DNA of 64,000 nucleotides from Lingula anatina (Eukaryota; Animalia; Brachiopoda): NCBI GenBank assembly GCA_051362555.1, contig CM120642.1:17546001-17610000 (forward strand), written 5' to 3'. The first letter of the stretch is position 1. Each line of letters starts with the position of its first letter. The notes beneath the pieces are model-generated. The model searched no databases. It saw only the letters and a program-made list of their open reading frames with translations, and was not told the origin of the DNA. Made by a program: the position numbers and the translations under genes. This document shows positions 59,202 to 64,000 of this stretch, in pieces.

Positions 59202-59434
59202 GTCAGTGAAGAAATTTACAGTTTCACTTATCATAAAACATCTTTCTTTGAAAATATACAATTATTTCATTTTCGACTTTTCAAATCGTTAGTGTCCGAT
59301 GTAAAATAGTGCACGGTACTAATATAATATCGTATAATATCATTATCGTGGTATATTGATAAAATGTTGGTCAATTCCAAATTCTTGTATTGAATGAAGT
59401 CGATGATATTTTTTGATAACAAAAAACAAATAAA

Positions 59435-59580
59435 TCCTACGACCACAAGGCATTTCCATTTGCAGCACCCATTTTATATATGGAATGAACTACCCTCACA
59501 CATTCGGACTATTGATAGTGTTGAGGTTTTAAAAAAATACTTGAAAACACTCTTATTTGCACAATTAAAATGTAATACCT
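59435..59580 (+). mobile_element. LINE (L2/CR1-like) ORF2 3' remnant in serpin intron 2
   Basis: WNELPSHIRTIDSVEVLKKYLKTLLF, the typical L2/CR1 ORF2 terminus. Confidence 0.7.
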
Positions 59581-61596
59581 GAAATTATACATGTATATTT
59601 TCTCATTTTATCAGATAAAGGTTTATTGTTTAGACTATTACTATTATAACAAGCATTAATCATTTTAATTGTTTTATTCACCTACGCTTTTATTATTCAT
59701 ATGATTATTATTAGTAGTATATTTGCAATATACCTGTAAATAATATTGTATATTCGTTGCAATGCACAGCGTGGACTAATGGGATTTTGCATAGACAAAG
59801 ATACAGTATACATCAGCAGATTATTGTGTACTGAATTCATTATCATTCTTAGTATCCCAATACCCTGGACGGGGTCACAGGCTATCATCACGAAAGATGC
59901 AACTGTTTAGGGTAAATTGTATTATCTTAATGTAACTTAAAGGGTGTTGATACTGTAATCAAAATAGCTTGATGTTTAAACGCCACTTGGTTAATTATTA
60001 ATACGATGTTTATTTATTTATGTCTGTGTTTATTGAAACAGTAATAATTTATTTCAGCTGGAATATTTATCATTAAAATTATATTTTTTTATTCAGAATT
60101 CCTTTTTCTCTTATAAATATTTATACAGTGGTTAAGTGTACAATGTTCGACAATTTAAGGATTTTTATATTGACAACTGGTGAACGTCACCAACGTCTAT
60201 TTGTGTTTTATCAGGTTAAAAGTAAAATATAATGAAACGTATGTTACAGGGACTGAAGCCGGTGCAGCGACAGGTACGGGAGGGGCCGCAACCGTCAAAC
60301 CCCCTGTCTTCAGTTCATGTTCATGATACGGGACAATATCACTGAAACTATACTCTTTCTGGGGAGACTCCGCGAGGCACCGGGAAAGAGTTTGCAACTT
60401 GGCTTGAGTGACTCCTCTGCGAGGCACTCAACGGCAAACTGGTTTTTACTGATTTTGTGTATTTTCTTTGCGATGTATTTGGGCGTTTAGTGTTCTCATA
60501 TCTGTGGATGTCCACTAATTGAACTGGTTAGGAAAAATGATGTATTTGCTTCTCCGTTATAAAGCTAAAGTTGTAAAATATCATATTTACAGTTTTGGTA
60601 GAATATTGCTTAGGAACAAATGGTATATTTTACCAAGATGAAAGGCAAATATTTGTCCAAGTGATAAATGTATGTAAATTTGATTGTTCAAAATGAAAGA
60701 TTAAAGTCACTGGACTACCTACAAGTTAAGGTAAAATGTGAAAAAAACATAATTGCGATATTGTCTAGACATACACAGTTGCCGTCAAGCAAGAAAAATA
60801 TGATAGTTGGTTTGGACAAGAAAGTACATGTGATGTGTTTACCTCGCCCAACCAGCATAGCGTACTTACTCTTTGATTCTCATTTTCGAAACCAATTCTA
60901 TTTTCTTGTTAAATGCCTCATTTCAGCGGTAGTCACTGTACAAATCTTATGCTGGCTTGCAACAGCCTATTGTTTCGAAGTAAGCTTCGGAAGGAATTGA
61001 TTGGATTAAACACATATAGACGTAATACACGTTCACCTTAAATTTGTTACGTGTATTTCATGTTGCTTCAAGAACACGTCGATATATTTTGGATTTGGAC
61101 ATATTCTTCCTTATTTCAGAGAATTCGGATTAGTTTACTAATGAAATGTTTTCATCATCGTTCCACCCTCTCTTGAATAAAAGTCTGGGTTTGCAACTGT
61201 TTGCGGGATCTTTGTGAGACATTTGCTCTGAAAGATAAGATTCTGGCAGTTTCATATAAGATCAATACAAAATATGGTTCACACCAGCAAAGCGTATGTC
61301 TGTCTGTTTAAATAAGAAAACTACCAAACGGCATGCGATCAGACAGTTACTATCGCAGTTGGGGTTTTTACAATTAACTTAATGATACGACGCACACTGT
61401 ATACGTAGGGTGATAGAAAGTGAAGTACATGTACAGTAAAATTCCATATGAATATCAGATAATCTTTAATACACTTGGACTGATTTACCATTATATCGTA
61501 AAGTCTTCACTGAAAACAGACAATCAACCTGTTTAAACAGGTCCCTATTTTTGCCGTTGGTGACTCAGTAAGACCAACATTCACTGTAGTTGCATT

Positions 61597-63752
61597 GTAA
61601 AACAAAATGTTTGGTTTTGCTGGGGATGCTTTTCGGTCCCGCACTCCTTATAGTTTCTCGATTTTTGACTGGGCCGCCTGGTGCCCTCTGGTTATAAGCA
61701 TCTCGGATGGAGAAACATGATATATCCATTGTGTTAGCTGACGTTTCTACTGCCTGTATTTCTCTCTGTCGCTTTTGGTGACCATGCAATGTCCTTTTTG
61801 TCCTTCCTTCTTCAGTCTATTAGCCACCACTTTCCGTATCCATCATGTCAATCTCTGATAATAAGTACCTGATACCCCACATCATCCAATGTATTTAACT
61901 ACCTGCTTGTACAGTGTATGCACCCCTCAGGGACGTACAGAAATAATTGTGTGCAGCAATATTTTCAGAAGTCAAATTATTTTACCAAATGTCAGTTAAG
62001 ACAGATCGGAATGCACGAGGTGCATTACAGTCATTCTCTGTTCATGATGTGGGATGATTAAAAAATCAGTGTTACCAAAACGAAAAAGATATATTCTTTT
62101 ATGAAAAGCACTTACAAAAATTATCCACATTTTGCAGAAACCACGTCTTGTTCCCAATAAAACCAGGAAATTATAGTTCTACATAAGATTAACCGAAATG
62201 ATTGAAAAGTCATAATCGTTTACAACATACAACGTCTTGTTTACAAAAAAAGAAGAAAAAAACCCAGTGAATGTAAACCATAAATTAAATTTTACTCGAT
62301 GCGGGATCTTATTTTAGTCAATAACTTAAAGGTGATTGTGCAATTTAAAAGTTGGGAATTCAAAACATTTTAGCAAGAAATGTTAATTATCTTGATGGTT
62401 GGGTCAATATTATACGATAATTATTAAAAAAAAAATTAAAAAAAACAAGCTTGAAGATTTTCATATGTATACCGTTGGCTCACGGCCAACCTTGAAGTAG
62501 GTCTTTATCAGACGATATATCATAACTCACCACTTAGTGGTGTAGCGGCCAGGACGCATACAAAATATTTTTGTTAGAATTTTTATATTTTTTATGTTAT
62601 TTTACTTTACTTTATTTTATTCTATTTATTGGCCAAGAACATGAAAGCTTACACCATGAACGATCCTTCATGGTGATCATAACTGATAGAAAGCTTTTTG
62701 AATTAGCATCATGGTTGTGGCACTTAATTGCCTCACAGTCAGAATAAACTGTTTAGCCCCCAGTTTTTTTCTTTTTTTTTCTTTTTTTTTTTTTTTTTTT
62801 TTTGTTTCTGTTGTCTTTATAGTGTATAGCGCGAGTGTCACGGCATTAAAGATTACGTAAGAGCGGTTTGAAACATAAAGTATACCGATGTTAAATGCGG
62901 CGATATAACAGTATGCATCCTTGTTTTGTTAATTACTTCGATATTTCAAGTAAGCGATTTGTACTAACCCATTAATAGGTATATTGCGATATCTGATATG
63001 TCAGAAAAAGATTAACTAGTAACTGCACTTTCTCAGAATGGTTTTGTATTAACTGTATTTCTCTTTGACTTCTACAGAGATAAAGAAGGTAAAGAAATGT
63101 CCATTAACTTGAGAGGACACTACCAAATGTCACCAAATTTACACACAATTAACACTAGGATGTATTCGTTATAGGTTACGGCGTGTGTCTACCCGTGCAG
63201 CGGTTGCAAAAATTCCAGCTGTCAATTTAATGACACTTAATGGCTGAATGTTTTCCGGTAATGGCAACAAAACGTAGATATTATACGTTAATTATAACCT
63301 TAAAAGATCAGTTCATTTTAGGAAATACAACCAAAGGACTTCTTTTCAGCAAAAAACGCATACGTGTTGTCTCAGTCTCTATGGTCCCTTCCCGTTGAGC
63401 GATACACTTTTCTATACCAGTTTAACTGGTCTTAACACGTAATTGCGCTGTCAGAGGTTTAACCCCCCCCCCCCCCCCCCATATCACAAGTCCCATTGTA
63501 CCAAACAGAATTAACCCAGTAAACTTGCTGTGTCGAGCGCAAGGGCTCCGTGAAGGATTATTGTACCCTGAAACTCTTTGCCAAAAACAACTTATTTACT
63601 ACCTTACACACATTATTTTGGACAACAAAATTACTAAATTAATTAACGGTTTCTCAATATTTACCTTTACCTGAGCACCAACGAATACCGTTTTAACGCC
63701 AAATTATTGAGACTATTTATTATTCTAAAACCTTGTCACCGATTTTTCTTAA
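61597..63752. repeat. Segmental duplication paralogous to 1762-4390 (flank of a third unit)
   Basis: Colinear similarity, with empty sites for the LINE at 2112 and the MITE at 3870. Confidence 0.9.
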
Positions 63753-64000
63753 AGGGATAATAACTCTTCGTTTTGGTGAAGAAATGAATTTTCCTGGAGT
63801 AAACAACAATTTCCCCATACTTACCAATGGTTAATGAATCCATTTTTACATTCAAAGCTAGTCCTTGTTTTTTTTCTAAAAGGTTTTTCTTTTGTTATAA
63901 TCTCTTAAGAGATTATGACTGGGTATAGCCATCATTGGAGGTCACGTGGTCTAAAGACACGCTCAGATATCAGAATAATAGCTATAACCGCTGTTTTTGT
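63753..64000. mobile_element. Left end of a TTAA-targeting DNA transposon (Kolobok-like)
   Basis: Homology to 4380-4390 stops at TTAA and is followed by AGGGATAA...; the paralog shows the empty TTAA site. Confidence 0.5.

Larger units (their letters stand above)
57861..60490 (+). pseudogene. Serpin gene (signal peptide + serpin domain + GPI-signal-like tail), frameshifted; exons 57861-58471, 58802-59201, 60250-60490
   Basis: FFSPINISTALAM, SANRFFG, INKWV..Q.NDKIKEL, LANAIYFKGQW, IIELPY, VYLPRF, VHQAYVRVDEEGTEAGAAT, FMFMIRDN..ETILFLGR. A +2 frameshift at about 57891 and a deletion frameshift at about 60313. Confidence 0.85.

Overview
AT-rich eukaryotic genomic DNA, most likely a marine invertebrate (inferred from spliceosomal introns and transposon types; the species cannot be determined). 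The window is a tandem segmental array. Its unit is a minus-strand gene for a secreted C-type-lectin/EGF-repeat (fibropellin/Notch-like) protein placed head-to-head with a plus-strand serpin. Copy A of the EGF gene spans 4755-30423 (reconstructed about 945 aa, 12 EGFs in its large exon). Copy B spans 36626-55229 (about 1768 aa, one extra sushi exon and 32 EGFs in a single 3.7-kb exon). The flank of a third unit begins near 61600. The unit-B serpin (57861-60490) has a signal peptide and a GPI-signal-like hydrophobic tail but carries frameshifts; unit A keeps only the reactive-loop exon. Introns are dense with mobile DNA. These include a young full-length chromodomain Ty3/Gypsy element (17486-29394, 530-bp LTRs, GTTA TSD) inserted in a splice donor and carrying an antisense DIRS-type fragment, and an 8.3-kb TIR element (Academ-like) with a nested CCC-ended element bearing palindromic subterminal repeats and a BEN-like relic. 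Several MITEs, LINE remnants and a hammerhead-ribozyme-like motif are also present. All gene models were reconstructed by eye from splice signals, exon phase and paralog comparison; no database search was run.
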